DNA of 18,507 bases from Candidatus Aenigmatarchaeota archaeon (GCA_032249395.1 JAVVFY010000011.1:1-18507); one strand, 5' to 3'. Positions 6,218 to 17,488 are shown, counted from the first letter of the stretch. A program made the numbers and translations. Notes: generated by a model not told the origin, from the letters alone.

Positions 6218-7093
6218 TACTGCACGATTAAGATAAGTAATGAAAGTAGTGTTTTCGAAAAAAATTATAAATTATTAGAATAAAAAGTTTTGAGCTATCC
6301 AAAAACCCCCTGAAAAAATTCTAAACTTTTTTAATTTTCCGAAAGAAAAAGGTTTTAAGTTTTCGAAGCAAAATCATGCGAAGAAAATGATTGGTTAGAG
6401 GTGCATTCAAACGAATATGTAGAAAGAAGAAAAAGTTGCAATTTTTTGATGAAGACACTCCTAGCCTTGACCAACATTTATGAGTATGCAAGACTTTTGT
6501 GTAGTAGTTACACTACAAGCTATATAAATTTCAATTAAAAATGAAAGAGCCTTTCCTTTAATGCGTCCAGCAGACGATCATGCTAGAAAGAATGGAATAG
6601 CTTTAAACGCTAGTAGTTTGGTATTTTACTATCTTAACAACACAATCATAGCTACAAAGATTTCCTTTAAAAAAGTTATTAGACTTGAATTTTAGATATT
6701 GACTATCTTCATGGTAATATTATTCAAGAAATATTTTTTGGTAACGATAAAGTCCTTTTCGTATCTTTGTACACATATCCTACTTGTCTATAGACTGACA
6801 AGTTCTCATAAAAGAATTATTTGAATTATAAATCGCACTATTCAATAAGGGAAGAAGAGTATTTAAAAGTTTTGAAAAAAGCTTGGGAAAAATATAAAAG
6901 TTTAATCCAGAATTACCTATAATTTCAGTAATGACAAACTTAATTTAAATGATTATAGCTATTTAAAAATTGGAAAAATGATAGCAATCTTGAAAATTCC
7001 ACTGTTTGTCGTTTTGAAATGGACTACAAAGTTGAAAAAATGCCAAAGTGCTTTTGTCAGTTATTTATTGGTTTGGAAACTTAAAATCTAACT

Positions 7094-7693
7094 TTATTGT
7101 TCTTTTCCAACAAAATCTTCAAGCTTAAAATTAAACTCCTCATCTTTTTTTATTTCTCCTCTTTCTTTCAAAATTTCTCTAGCTAGCAAATAGAAAATTA
7201 AAGCTAACGATTTTCTTCCCCTGTTGTTTGCTGGTATTATTAAATCGATGTGCTTCGTTTCATTTGAGCTATTACAAATTGCAATTACGGGGGTTCGTGC
7301 TTTCACTGCTTCCTGCAAAGCTCTTTTATCTGTTAGCGGATCAGTTATTAACACCACATCCGCCTCATAAAAATATTCACAATTAGGATTTGTTAACGTT
7401 CCTGGCAAAAATCTTCCCACGAAAACTTTAGCATTTACAGCTTCTCCAAATTTTTCAGCAGCGTTTTTCGCTATTTTTTTTCTAGTCGCAACTAATATGT
7501 TTTTACTTCTTGCCAAAAACTTTGCAGCGATTCTTATTCTTTCGTCTATTTTCCTTAAATTTAAAATTGTTAAGCCATCGGGTCTTGTTTTATAAACGAA
7601 CTCTTTCATGTCTTTAGTCTTAGTTTTAGCTCCAAAACAAATTCCGCTAGCTAAATAATCTTTCCTTGGTATTAATAGTTTAGTAGGCATCAA
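7094..7693 (-). CDS. rps2: 30S ribosomal protein uS2 (archaeal S2)
   Basis: YLASGICFG, RPDGLTILNL, GRFLPGTLTNP and DLIIPANNRGRKSLAL motifs. Confidence 0.97.
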   Translation of the reverse strand: MMPTKLLIPRKDYLASGICFGAKTKTKDMKEFVYKTRPDGLTILNLRKIDERIRIAAKFLARSKNILVATRKKIAKNAAEKFGEAVNAKVFVGRFLPGTLTNPNCEYFYEADVVLITDPLTDKRALQEAVKARTPVIAICNSSNETKHIDLIIPANNRGRKSLALIFYLLAREILKERGEIKKDEEFNFKLEDFVGKEQ

Positions 7694-7726
7694 TTTATTT
7701 TATGTTTAAAATTTAAAACTTTACTT

Positions 7727-8608
7727 TTAACGTTTCTTTTTTAATTTCTCTTTAAGAATTAATAATCTCTTTAAAACTTCAGATTTAGTCCTCTTCCAAT
7801 TGTCCCTATTTTCAACCTTTAATGTTATGAATACGTGCTCCTTATCGCTTTGTTCATTAAAATATGGACCTTCAACAATATTAAACCCTTTCAAACTTTT
7901 TTTTATCTCATTTTCAAGCTTTTCTAAACCTATCTTCAGTTTAAGTGGAAACTCTACTCTAACTGAAATAATAGCATTCTCTTTATCTCTATCTAAGATT
8001 ACAGAGTTCAACAACATTGCGTTAGGTATCTTTATTTCTTCGCCTTCTTCCAATTGAAATACTGAATAAAAGAGTGTTACTTTTTTTATAGATCCTTTAT
8101 AACCTAGGTCAGTATTCTCAACAGAAAGAAACTTATAAGGAGGCAGCGGAACTAGTCCGTAGGGAATTTGAGATGAGAGAATTTTTATCTTTTTCCCAAC
8201 TTCAACATATCTAGTTGAAAGTATAATAATTCCTGCAAATATGTTTGAAAGGATTGGCTGTAGCGCTAAACCCAAAACCAAACCAAGTACTACACTACTT
8301 TGTAGTATAATGCTTGTATCTACATTCCATATTTTTAGAATAACTAAAGCTGCTATCAGAAAAGCTAAGACATGCAAAAGATTTGAGAAATTTTTTGAAT
8401 AAGGAAGATTTAATCTATCTAAAGATTTTATTATGTAGGAGTTTATTAAGAGCAAAAATGTAATAACGGCAAGTGACAACGATCCTCTAGTAGCATAAAT
8501 TTTCATATTATTCGGAATAAAAGGAATTGAAGCCAGTAGGATTACAGAGAAGATTATTAATATTAAAATTGTTTTGTTCAAATTCGACTTTCCTTTTTGA
8601 ATTTTCAT
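7727..8608 (-). CDS. mscS: Small-conductance mechanosensitive channel family protein
   Basis: N-terminal TM helices, GLVLGLALQPILSNIFAGIIIL and IKIPN motifs. I chose the ATG at 8608 rather than 8653 because it leaves room for the divergent promoters. Confidence 0.88.
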   Translation of the reverse strand: MKIQKGKSNLNKTILILIIFSVILLASIPFIPNNMKIYATRGSLSLAVITFLLLINSYIIKSLDRLNLPYSKNFSNLLHVLAFLIAALVILKIWNVDTSIILQSSVVLGLVLGLALQPILSNIFAGIIILSTRYVEVGKKIKILSSQIPYGLVPLPPYKFLSVENTDLGYKGSIKKVTLFYSVFQLEEGEEIKIPNAMLLNSVILDRDKENAIISVRVEFPLKLKIGLEKLENEIKKSLKGFNIVEGPYFNEQSDKEHVFITLKVENRDNWKRTKSEVLKRLLILKEKLKKKR

Positions 8609-8653
8609 TAAATATATTGATTTAATTATAAAAAACTTTGAGTTAATACTCAT

Positions 8654-11407
8654 ATGATTGAAATTTTTAACGAGAAAATCAAGGTAGCATTGAACAGATT
8701 TGGTATAAGAGAGTTAACAGAAGTTCAAAAACTATCTTTTAAGCCAATCTATGATGGCAAAGATGTTCTCATAATTTCTCCTACAGGAACTGGAAAAACA
8801 TTAGCAGCTTTATTACCAATTTTTGAAAAATGGTTAAAAGAAAGACCAAAACCAACAAGCATTCTTTATGTTTCCCCAATGAAAGCTTTGAATAGAGACC
8901 AACTTGAGCATTTAAGATTTTGGGCTGAACAGCTTGGGATTGAAATTTCTGTTAGACATGGAGATACTTCTAGTTATGAAAGAAAAATGCAGGCAGAGTT
9001 TCCAAACGACATGCTAATAGTTACGATAGAAGCTTTGCAATCGTTGCTTGTTGGTAAGAAAATTAGAGAGTTTTTAAGGAATGTGAAATGGGTTATTTTA
9101 GATGAGGTTCATGAAGTTGTAGATTCTAAGAGAGGAGTTCAATTGACTTTAGCTTTAGAAAGGTTAAGAGAACTTTCGAAAGACTTCCAAACTATAATGC
9201 TTTCTGCAACAATTGGCGACGAAAAAAAGGTTAGCGAGTTTTTCTCCAAAAAGAGATCTGAGATAATTAAAGTTGAAATGGATAAATTAATAGAAATAAA
9301 GGTTTTTTATCCTTTAGCAAGCGACTTAGATGAAAAAAATGCAATGAAGATTTTTTCCTCGAAAGAAAGCGCAGCTAGAGTAAGATTTATTTTAGAAAAG
9401 TTAAAAGAGTTTAATTCAGCTTTAATATTTACAAATACTAGAGAATTTGCTGAGGTATTAGCAAGCAGGATAAGACTTTTGAGCAAAATTAACATCGGAA
9501 TACATCATTCAAGCTTAAGTAAGGATGTAAGAGAAAAAACAGAAAAAGAGTTTAAAGAAGGTAAGCTTAAGGCTTTGGTTTGTACTTCTAGTTTGCAGTT
9601 AGGAGTAGATATCGGAAATGTTGATGCTGTTTTTCAATATCAGTCACCAAGAGAAGTTATTCAACTTTTACAAAGGGTTGGAAGAAGTGGGCATAAATTT
9701 TGGAAGAAAAGCGTCGGTCTAATAATTGCAACAGACGAAGATGATATTTTAGAATCTGCTGTTATTGCGAGAAAAGCTTTGAATAAGGAATTAGAAACAT
9801 TTAAGGTTCATGAAAAAGCTTATGATGTTTTGGCTCATCAAATTGTTGGTTTAACTTTTGATTTTGGCGAAATTTCAATAGAAAAAGCTTTTGAAATTGT
9901 AAAAAGAGCAAAGCCTTATGAAAAACTGTCAATAAATGAGTTTTTGCAAGTTTTAGATGTTTTAATAAAAATAGGAATTTTAAGCTCTGAGAACGGTATA
10001 ATAAGAAAGAGGAGAAAAGCCTATGAATATTATTTTTCTCAACTATCCACAATTCCTGATGTTAAAGAGTATAAAGTTTACAACATTGTTGATCAAAGTT
10101 ACATAGGAACTTTACACGAAGAGTTTGTAGCTTTGTATGGGGAGGAAGGCTTTTCCTTTATTTTAAGAGGCGAACCTTACAGAATCGTTTCAATAGAAGA
10201 AGATAAAATTTTCGTCGAGCCAAGCAAAGATTTTGAGGCTGCTATTCCTGCTTGGGAAGGAGAATTAATTCCTGTTCCTTTTGAAGTTGCGAAAGAGGTT
10301 GGAGAATTAAGAGAAAGAATTTTGATGGAAGATCTAAAAGAATATCCTATGGATGAAAATAGCGTGAATGTTGCGAGAAAATTCTTTCAAGAACAATCAA
10401 AATATTTTTTACCAACTGATAAAGAAATTTTTATTGAATTTTTTGAGAATAAGGTTGTAATTCATTCTTGTTTTGGAAATAAAGTTAATGAAACTTTAAG
10501 TAAGTTAATTTTAAGCAAGCTTACTCACTTTGCTAGAAGCAAGGTAGATGCTTATAGAATAATTTTTATTTTTGAAGGTTTGGTTGATGAAAAGCTTGCA
10601 AATAAAATTAAAGATATTATTGAAAATTATGAAGGAAATTTGGAAGAAGATTTAGATACTTTTGTCTCTCAAACGGATTTGTTTTATTTAAGATTTACAA
10701 ACGTTGGTAAAAGGTTTGGAATAATAAGAAGCGATGCAGAAGTTACAAAAACAATTGTTAGAGGTTTAGCAAAAGAATTTTTTGGGAGCGTTGTTTGGCA
10801 GGAAGCTTTAAAGGAATTGAAAGTTGAAAAGCTGGATATTGAGAAATTAAGAGAAGTTCTAAAGATGATAAAAGAAGGGAAGATCAAAGTTTTTGTTGTT
10901 AAAGGAATTTCTCCTTTGGCAAAGCTGGGATTAAAAAAGGTTTTTGTTGAATTTTATGAAGAAAAGTCGAAAGATATTTTAGAAATCTTCAAGAAGAGAG
11001 TTTTAGAAAGTAAAATAAAATTAATTTGTTTAAATTGTGGCACTTGGAAAGAAGTCTATACTTTGGCCGAGATGCCAGAGGAAATTACATGTAAGCACTG
11101 TAAAGCAAGGTTATTAACAATAGTTAAATCGACAAATTTGAAAGCCGAAAAAATAGTTGATAAGTATGTTGGAAAAAAGAAAATGAATAAGGTTGAAGAG
11201 TTAGAATTCAAAAAACTTTTAGCGAAGGCAACGCTTTTTATGACATACGGTAAAAAAGCTGCTATTGCTTTTTCTGTTAGAGGGATTGGGGTGGAGAATG
11301 CTAAGAGAATTTTGAGTAGATATTTTAGAGATGAGAATGAATTTTTTGAAGCACTCTTTGATGCTGAAAAAACTTTTATAAGGAATAGAAGATTCTGGAA
11401 AATATAG
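8654..11407 (+). CDS. lhr: Lhr-like SF2 (DEAD/DEAH) helicase with C-terminal Zn-finger/HhH region
   Basis: SPTGTGKT, RHGDT, DEVH, SAT, QRVGRSGH, STIPD and IPAWEGE motifs. C-terminal CLNC...CKHC and RGIG. Confidence 0.93.
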   Translation: MIEIFNEKIKVALNRFGIRELTEVQKLSFKPIYDGKDVLIISPTGTGKTLAALLPIFEKWLKERPKPTSILYVSPMKALNRDQLEHLRFWAEQLGIEISVRHGDTSSYERKMQAEFPNDMLIVTIEALQSLLVGKKIREFLRNVKWVILDEVHEVVDSKRGVQLTLALERLRELSKDFQTIMLSATIGDEKKVSEFFSKKRSEIIKVEMDKLIEIKVFYPLASDLDEKNAMKIFSSKESAARVRFILEKLKEFNSALIFTNTREFAEVLASRIRLLSKINIGIHHSSLSKDVREKTEKEFKEGKLKALVCTSSLQLGVDIGNVDAVFQYQSPREVIQLLQRVGRSGHKFWKKSVGLIIATDEDDILESAVIARKALNKELETFKVHEKAYDVLAHQIVGLTFDFGEISIEKAFEIVKRAKPYEKLSINEFLQVLDVLIKIGILSSENGIIRKRRKAYEYYFSQLSTIPDVKEYKVYNIVDQSYIGTLHEEFVALYGEEGFSFILRGEPYRIVSIEEDKIFVEPSKDFEAAIPAWEGELIPVPFEVAKEVGELRERILMEDLKEYPMDENSVNVARKFFQEQSKYFLPTDKEIFIEFFENKVVIHSCFGNKVNETLSKLILSKLTHFARSKVDAYRIIFIFEGLVDEKLANKIKDIIENYEGNLEEDLDTFVSQTDLFYLRFTNVGKRFGIIRSDAEVTKTIVRGLAKEFFGSVVWQEALKELKVEKLDIEKLREVLKMIKEGKIKVFVVKGISPLAKLGLKKVFVEFYEEKSKDILEIFKKRVLESKIKLICLNCGTWKEVYTLAEMPEEITCKHCKARLLTIVKSTNLKAEKIVDKYVGKKKMNKVEELEFKKLLAKATLFMTYGKKAAIAFSVRGIGVENAKRILSRYFRDENEFFEALFDAEKTFIRNRRFWKI

Positions 11408-11519
11408 GTTTATTTTTTATAATCATGAAAATAATATATTACTATTAACAAGCGATGATTAAATTGGTTAGGCGATGATAAATGAATAAATAGAAGGTTA
11501 TGAGCTTGAGTTATTTTTT

Positions 11520-11747
11520 CTATTTTTGCTTTATTTCTTCTTTTAGCTTCTTAACATTCCTCTTTAAAAATTTAAGTTCATCTACAACTATTTTTCGACA
11601 AAAATTCTGAACGTCTGTTGTTGTTATTTTTATTTGCTGAACTAACTTAGTAAGATGCTCTGGTATACTAGATTCCCAGAATTTTATTCTAGATTCAACT
11701 AAGTTTAACACCCTTTCTAATATTTCTTCTTTATCCTTATCGTTCAT
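11520..11747 (-). CDS. Small hypothetical protein
   Basis: Charged, helical-looking ORF. An SD-like GGGTGAT precedes the ATG at 11747. Confidence 0.55.
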   Translation of the reverse strand: MNDKDKEEILERVLNLVESRIKFWESSIPEHLTKLVQQIKITTTDVQNFCRKIVVDELKFLKRNVKKLKEEIKQK

Positions 11748-11796
11748 CTCAATCACCCTAAAATATAATTTTTAAATTTGGAAAATAAATATTTTT

Positions 11797-12759
11797 GTGA
11801 AGATAGTTTGTTTTGGAGGAGGAAATGCATTACCAAAAGCTGTTCTAGCTGGCTTGAAAAATTATGAAGTAGATATAACAACAATAACATCAATGGTAGA
11901 TAGTGGCGGCTCCAGCGGGAAATTAAGAAAAGAACTAAACGTATTGCCGCCAGGAGATATTAGAAGACATCTACTAGCTTTATCAAACGCTCCTCAGTGG
12001 AAAAAAGATTTGTTCTCATTTAGATTTGGGTCAGAAGATTTTGGTAGTGGTCATGTTGGACACCCATTTGGCAACATATTTATAGCACTACTGGAATATA
12101 TATTAAAAGATTATGAAAAAGTTTTAGAAATAGTACACCAATTTTTGGAAGTCAGAGGAAAATGTTTGCCGTCTACTATTGAAAAAACAACCCTTTACGC
12201 TATTCTTGAAAACGGAGAAATTATAGAGGGGGAAGATGAAATCGATGTTCCAAAAAAACATAATCCAAAATTAAAAATTAAAGAAATCTTTCTCAAACCA
12301 CAAGTTAAAGCATACGACAAAGCAATAGAAGCTATTGAGGAAAGTGATGCAATTATTATAGGTCCTGGAGATTTATATTCCTCTATATTGCCATGCTTTC
12401 TTCCAATAGGGACGAAAGATGCTATCTCTAAAAGCAGTGCAAAAAAGATTTTCATATGTCCACCATTAACAAAAATTGGGGAGACTAATGGTTTTTCGGT
12501 TTTGGATTTTTCTAAAGAAGTAGAGAAGTATATTGGTTGTTCGCTAGATTTTGTAATCTACAATAGCTCTCTTCCCCATGTAGAAAGATTAATGAAATAT
12601 AAAGCTAAAGAATCTTGGGTAGAGGATGTAGTAAAAATTAATGAAAATCTAGATGAAAGAGTTTTTATTGGAGAAAATCTTCTAGCAAACACAGACGAAA
12701 TTGTTTATGATGCTAACAAAGTTTCAAAAATTATTATGAGGTTGGTGGCTAAATATTAA
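11797..12759 (+). CDS. yvcK: YvcK/CofD-like (UPF0052) family protein
   Basis: FGGGN, DSGGSSG, PPGDIR, GHPFGN, GEDEID and GPGDLYSSILP motifs. Confidence 0.9.
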   Translation: MKIVCFGGGNALPKAVLAGLKNYEVDITTITSMVDSGGSSGKLRKELNVLPPGDIRRHLLALSNAPQWKKDLFSFRFGSEDFGSGHVGHPFGNIFIALLEYILKDYEKVLEIVHQFLEVRGKCLPSTIEKTTLYAILENGEIIEGEDEIDVPKKHNPKLKIKEIFLKPQVKAYDKAIEAIEESDAIIIGPGDLYSSILPCFLPIGTKDAISKSSAKKIFICPPLTKIGETNGFSVLDFSKEVEKYIGCSLDFVIYNSSLPHVERLMKYKAKESWVEDVVKINENLDERVFIGENLLANTDEIVYDANKVSKIIMRLVAKY

Positions 12760-12798
12760 TTAAAATTTTTAAACGACCAATTAATCTTATTTTGTACT

Positions 12799-14046
12799 AT
12801 GAGCGGAATAGCAATAATTGGCTTACAATGGGGAGATGAGGGAAAAGGAAAAATATCCTATCTTTTATCTAGAGATGCGGATTATGTAGTTAGATTTCAA
12901 GGAGGTGCTAATGCTGGACATACTGTTGTTGTTGGTAATAAAGAACTAAAATTCAACATGATTCCGGCAGGAGCCGCAGCCGGGGCAAAACCTTGTATAG
13001 CAGCTGGTACGGTTGTAGATTTGTCGGAAGTAGTAGAAGAAATAGAAATACTTAAAAATATTGGAGTGTTCAAAGGACTCTTAATAAGCAGGAATGCAAA
13101 CGTAGTTTTGTCTATTCATAAGGAGTTAGATGGAATTATAGAAGAATTAAGAGGAAGTAAAGCAATCGGTACGACAAAAAGGGGAATAGGTCCTACTTAT
13201 GCTGACAAAATGCTTAGAATAGGAATAAGGATGGAAGATCTTTTAGACAAAAACCAACTAATATCTAAAATAAAACTATTAGAAGATTATCACAAGCTTA
13301 AATTAGACAATATAGATGAATATATTAGGGTTGCCGATTCGCTAAAAGATTATGTTTGTGATTTAGATATTATTATAAACGAAGAGCTCGATAAAGGAAA
13401 GAAAATAATTTTTGAAGGGGCTCAAGGAAGCTTGTTAGATATAGATCATGGTACATATCCTTATGTTACTTCTTCTAATACAACTATAGGAGCAATTTTT
13501 ACTAGTTGTGGAATTGGACCTAAAAAAATTTCTGAAGTTGTGGGAGTTACAAAAGCTTACACTACTAGAGTGGGGGCAGGCGTTTTTCCTACAGAACTTA
13601 AAAATGAGAAGGGAGAGATAATAAGAGAAAAAGGTAAAGAATATGGAACAACTACTGGTAGACCTCGAAGAGTCGGGTGGCTTGACATACCTCTATTAAG
13701 ATACGCTTCAAAAATAAACGATATAGACTGGATAGCAATGACTAAATTAGATATTCTGTCAGGTTTTGAAAAAGTTAATATATGTGTAGAATATGAAATT
13801 GATGAAAAAAGATTCAAAATAGTTTCTCCAAGCGTGAAAACTATGGAGAGAGCAAAACCAATATACATAGAATTGGATGGTTGGCCAGATTTGGAAAGAG
13901 AAGAATGGAAAAAAATTGCAAATAAGGGATTTGATGGCTTGCCAGAAAATGCAAAAACATACATTGAAACAGTAGAAAAATTGGTAGGAAAACCTATAAA
14001 AATTGTTTCTTTTGGAGCGGAAGCTGGAATGGAGGTAATAAAATAA
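12799..14046 (+). CDS. purA: Adenylosuccinate synthetase
   Basis: QWGDEGKGK, GGANAGHT, GTTKRGIGP, EGAQG, GTYPYVTSS and EYGTTTGRPRR motifs. Confidence 0.98.
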   Translation: MSGIAIIGLQWGDEGKGKISYLLSRDADYVVRFQGGANAGHTVVVGNKELKFNMIPAGAAAGAKPCIAAGTVVDLSEVVEEIEILKNIGVFKGLLISRNANVVLSIHKELDGIIEELRGSKAIGTTKRGIGPTYADKMLRIGIRMEDLLDKNQLISKIKLLEDYHKLKLDNIDEYIRVADSLKDYVCDLDIIINEELDKGKKIIFEGAQGSLLDIDHGTYPYVTSSNTTIGAIFTSCGIGPKKISEVVGVTKAYTTRVGAGVFPTELKNEKGEIIREKGKEYGTTTGRPRRVGWLDIPLLRYASKINDIDWIAMTKLDILSGFEKVNICVEYEIDEKRFKIVSPSVKTMERAKPIYIELDGWPDLEREEWKKIANKGFDGLPENAKTYIETVEKLVGKPIKIVSFGAEAGMEVIK

Positions 14047-15428
14047 TGGATATCCTAGAAGCAATAACTCCAATAGATGGTAGATATAAGGAGAAACTTT
14101 CTGGAATTGAAAATTATTTTTCTGAATATGCGTTAATAAAAGAAAGAATAAGGGTAGAGATAGAGTATTTAATTAAATTAGTTGAAGAAGTTGAAAAAGA
14201 AAGATTAAACAGATTACCAAAGGATTGGAAAGAGACTCTTAGAAAAATTCATGAAGAATTCAACCTTGAGGATGCAAAAAGGGTAAAAGAAATAGAAAAG
14301 AATGTGGGTCATGATGTTTTTGCAGTAGTTAAATTTATTGCAGAAAGACTAGAATCTCTAGGTCTCAACGAATTAAAGTCATTGGTTCATTTAGGATTAA
14401 CTTCAGATGACATTAATAATATTGCTTACTCGAGTCTGCTAAAAAGATTCAATAGAGAAGTTTTTATTCCATCATTAATAAAACTTTTAGACAAAATAGT
14501 TAGCCTATCTATGGAGTATAAAGATACTATAATGTTAGCCAGAACTCATGGAATGCCTGCAGTTCCAACAACATTCGGAAGATTCCTTATTAATTATGCG
14601 TATAGAATTGCTATAGTTTTGGAAGAATTATATAACACGAAATTTTACGGTAAGATTGGAGGGGCCGTTGGGGATTTCAATGCGTTAAAGTTTCTATATC
14701 CAACGGTTGATTGGATTTCTTTTGCAAAACATTTCATAGAATCTCAAGGATTGGAATATTTTCCTGCAAACACTCAGATATTACCTCATGATAAAATTTC
14801 GGATTATTTGAGTAAAGTAGCCCTTATTGCTTCTATTTTGTCAAATCTTTGCAGAGATCTATGGATGCTTAATATGCTTAGATATATATCTTTTACTTTT
14901 AGCAAGAGTGAAGTTCATTCTTCCACGATGCCCCATAAAGTAAATCCATTATTAATTGAGAATGCGGAAGGTTGCTTTGACTTATCTTCAGAAATTCTGG
15001 CATACATGAATAGAAGACTTATATCTATTAGACTTCATAGAGATTTGTCAGACTCTGTAATAAAAAGATTCTATGGATTGCCGCTTTCTCTTATTTATTT
15101 GGGTATAACTAATCTAATATCTGCATTTGAAAAAATGCTAGTTAATAAAGAAGCTATGTATATTGATGTTAGAAATCATCCTGAAACTCTTTCAGAACTG
15201 TATCAACTTTATTTAAAAAAGATTGGATTTTTTGATGCTTATGAAACTATTCAAAAGTTAACCAGAGAAAAACCAGAAAAAATATTAGAAGAGATAAAAA
15301 AACTTATACCAAAAGAAAAATTTGTAGAAATAGAGAAGTTAACTGTTTTAGAGTACTCTGGAGAAGCACAAAGAATTGTAGAGCTTTTGGCAAAAGAAAT
15401 AGAAAGCCTAAAGAAAAAATTTTTATAA
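14046..15428 (+). CDS. purB: Adenylosuccinate lyase
   Basis: TPIDGRY, HLGLTSDDI, ARTHG, SSTMPHKVNP and RDLSDS motifs. TAATG stop/start overlap with purA. Confidence 0.96.
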   Translation: MDILEAITPIDGRYKEKLSGIENYFSEYALIKERIRVEIEYLIKLVEEVEKERLNRLPKDWKETLRKIHEEFNLEDAKRVKEIEKNVGHDVFAVVKFIAERLESLGLNELKSLVHLGLTSDDINNIAYSSLLKRFNREVFIPSLIKLLDKIVSLSMEYKDTIMLARTHGMPAVPTTFGRFLINYAYRIAIVLEELYNTKFYGKIGGAVGDFNALKFLYPTVDWISFAKHFIESQGLEYFPANTQILPHDKISDYLSKVALIASILSNLCRDLWMLNMLRYISFTFSKSEVHSSTMPHKVNPLLIENAEGCFDLSSEILAYMNRRLISIRLHRDLSDSVIKRFYGLPLSLIYLGITNLISAFEKMLVNKEAMYIDVRNHPETLSELYQLYLKKIGFFDAYETIQKLTREKPEKILEEIKKLIPKEKFVEIEKLTVLEYSGEAQRIVELLAKEIESLKKKFL

Positions 15429-15734
15429 TTCACATCTGTCACTTAAAATTTTTTCTAGTATGGTTGTAATTTCTTTTTCTTCCTTAGAACAACCGTACCT
15501 TCTAGCAATATATTTACCTAACTCATAAGCTGTCATCAAAATAAATTCATTTCTCCCCCCATATCCTATAATTTCAGATGCGGACCTGTCTTGGATAACA
15601 TCGTATAGTCCAACGTCTTTAAGAATTTGTTTGGTGTCATACCTTTTATTCACTGAACAATGCATAGAGTAGTAATCTACAGTAAGTATTAAAGTTAAAG
15701 CCATTTCGATCCTGTATAAGCTTTCTTCTTTCAT
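15423..15734 (-). CDS. Hypothetical protein
   Basis: 103-aa ATG-initiated ORF convergent with purB. No motif recognised. Confidence 0.55.
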   Translation of the reverse strand: MKEESLYRIEMALTLILTVDYYSMHCSVNKRYDTKQILKDVGLYDVIQDRSASEIIGYGGRNEFILMTAYELGKYIARRYGCSKEEKEITTILEKILSDRCEL

Positions 15735-15940
15735 AGTGAAATATTTAGTGTAATAAAGCTTAAATATCTTTATAAATGTTCCTTTGTTAGACTAGATTTC
15801 TTATTATTTGCTACTACTGTAGGAGTTTAAAAATAGTTGGAATCGCCGAGTGAACTATTGTTAATCTGTTTATATCCCTCTCTTTCTTTTGCCATTTATT
15901 TTATTATCAATGATAAATTTAAAATGATAAATTTAAGATT

Positions 15941-16177
15941 ATGATTTGGGATAAAGTCGGTTTTGTTTTAGCGAGCAAGCAAAGAAGGGAAGTGTTTAGT
16001 TTTTTAAGAGAATTTGGAACGATTGGCGAGGTAGACCTTAAGATTAGAATAACAGCTTTCACTGGAGTTAAAAGAATTTTAATGGATTTTGAGAAGGAAG
16101 GTCTGATAAAAATTTAGGGAAATAAAAGTGAATTGACAAAAATAGGAAAAGAAGTTATGAAAAAATTTGTTTTCTAA
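15941..16177 (+). pseudogene. Winged-helix transcriptional regulator with an in-frame TAG
   Basis: MIWDKVGFVLASKQRREV...FEKEGLIKI*GNKSELTKIGKEV. The TAG at 16115-16117 interrupts the wing motif. Confidence 0.65.
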
Positions 16178-16315
16178 GATTTTAAGAAACTTTATGTTCA
16201 AATTAAAGCACAAACCTCAGAAATTTTTTCTTTTAGATATAGCAAATCAAACTGTTCAGATTGTAGTACTTCTCATAACTGTTTTAAAACTGTCGATATT
16301 TGCACACATTCCTGT

Positions 16316-16849
16316 CTATAGATTCAAAAATTTTCTATCGATAAGAACTTTAATAAGGTATCTTATTATATCTAACTCTTTTCCAGAAGCGCCAGTTTTT
16401 CTTTCTCGATAAGTATCCTCACGCGACTTTATAGAGTGTATTAACTCCTTCAACATTTCGTCCATATCATAAATCTCAAATCCTTCTCTTTCCAAAATCT
16501 TTATAGCTCCCGGAGGATTTTTGGAATTAACTACTATACATCGTTTTATTTTTGTTTCAGAAGTTATCAACTCTTTGTAATCTGATTCATTTTTCAAAAA
16601 TTCTTCTGCAAATTCAAACCACTTTTTAATTTCTTTTGTTATCACACTTATTTTTTTATTACCTAAAAATTCTTTACATTGCACTATCTTAATTTCTCCC
16701 TTTTTATAAGCTATTAGGTCTATATCACTCCAACCAGAAACCTTTTTTCCAGATTTTTCTCTGGGGACAAAGAATAGAACATTTTCAACAACCAAATATC
16801 CTTTACTCATAAAAAACCTCTTTGCAATTTCTTCTAGGTTGCTTATCAT
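16316..16849 (-). CDS. PD-(D/E)xK restriction-endonuclease-like protein (Mrr/Hjc-like fold)
   Basis: LEEIAKRFFMSKGY...SDIDLIAYK...IVQCK gives an E...D...QxK catalytic pattern. Confidence 0.75.
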   Translation of the reverse strand: MISNLEEIAKRFFMSKGYLVVENVLFFVPREKSGKKVSGWSDIDLIAYKKGEIKIVQCKEFLGNKKISVITKEIKKWFEFAEEFLKNESDYKELITSETKIKRCIVVNSKNPPGAIKILEREGFEIYDMDEMLKELIHSIKSREDTYRERKTGASGKELDIIRYLIKVLIDRKFLNL

Positions 16850-17084
16850 TATATATATATTTTAGATTGTCATATTAAAGCAAGATTATTGGAAATGTCT
16901 ATCAATATGGAAGATTATATTGAATTTAATGGCTAAACCGACTTCCTATTATAGAATATAAGGAGAAATTACAGGAATATAATTTTGCTAGAAGATGAAA
17001 AAGGCTGGTATAAAATTTTTGATGAAACTAAAGTCTTAGTTCTTATGATTCGTTTCCCTTAATAGAAATTCAAACAGCTTGTAA

Positions 17085-17411
17085 ATTACTAACCTATCAT
17101 ACCCAACTTGGACAAAAATAGATGAATATATGCTTTCTCAACTATATATACCAGATTTAAAGAGTTTAAAGGATGATGAAAAAGAAACATTACTTCAATT
17201 GTTTGAAAAAGTTAGAGATAAAGAATGAGATTCAATTATAGAGCAATTTAGAAGAAAGGACAAAGACAGATATGAGATTTACAAAACATTTCTAAAGATC
17301 CTAGGGTTTGAAGAAAAAAGAATTGGCGAAATTCTGAAGAGGATTTATACAATTATCTTAGGTGAGCTTGAAAGTTTAGCTTCCGTAGGCGAAAATGAAT
17401 CAGTAGAGTAA
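17085..17411 (+). pseudogene. C-terminal remnant resembling archaeal N-6 DNA methylase / type IIG R-M proteins
   Basis: LYIPDLKSL...LLQLFEKVRDKE*DSIIEQF...RYEIYKTFLKILG. In-frame TGA at 17226-17228 and no intact N-terminus. The family call is from recalled resemblance only. Confidence 0.45.
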
Positions 17412-17488
17412 GATAATATTTCAGTAATATGCACTAACAAAGTTAGGCAAACAAGTCGCTGAAAAAGATTTCTAAGACTTTACTTTGA

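Noticed and set aside
6230..7090. ~860-nt AT-rich gap that might hold a gene, tRNA or CRISPR array
   Set aside because: I found only short frames, no cloverleaf and no regular repeats. It may be decayed coding DNA.
1..11407. Metallophosphoesterase plus Lhr as a repair cluster
   Set aside because: The two genes are more than 8 kb apart and separated by rRNA and unrelated genes.
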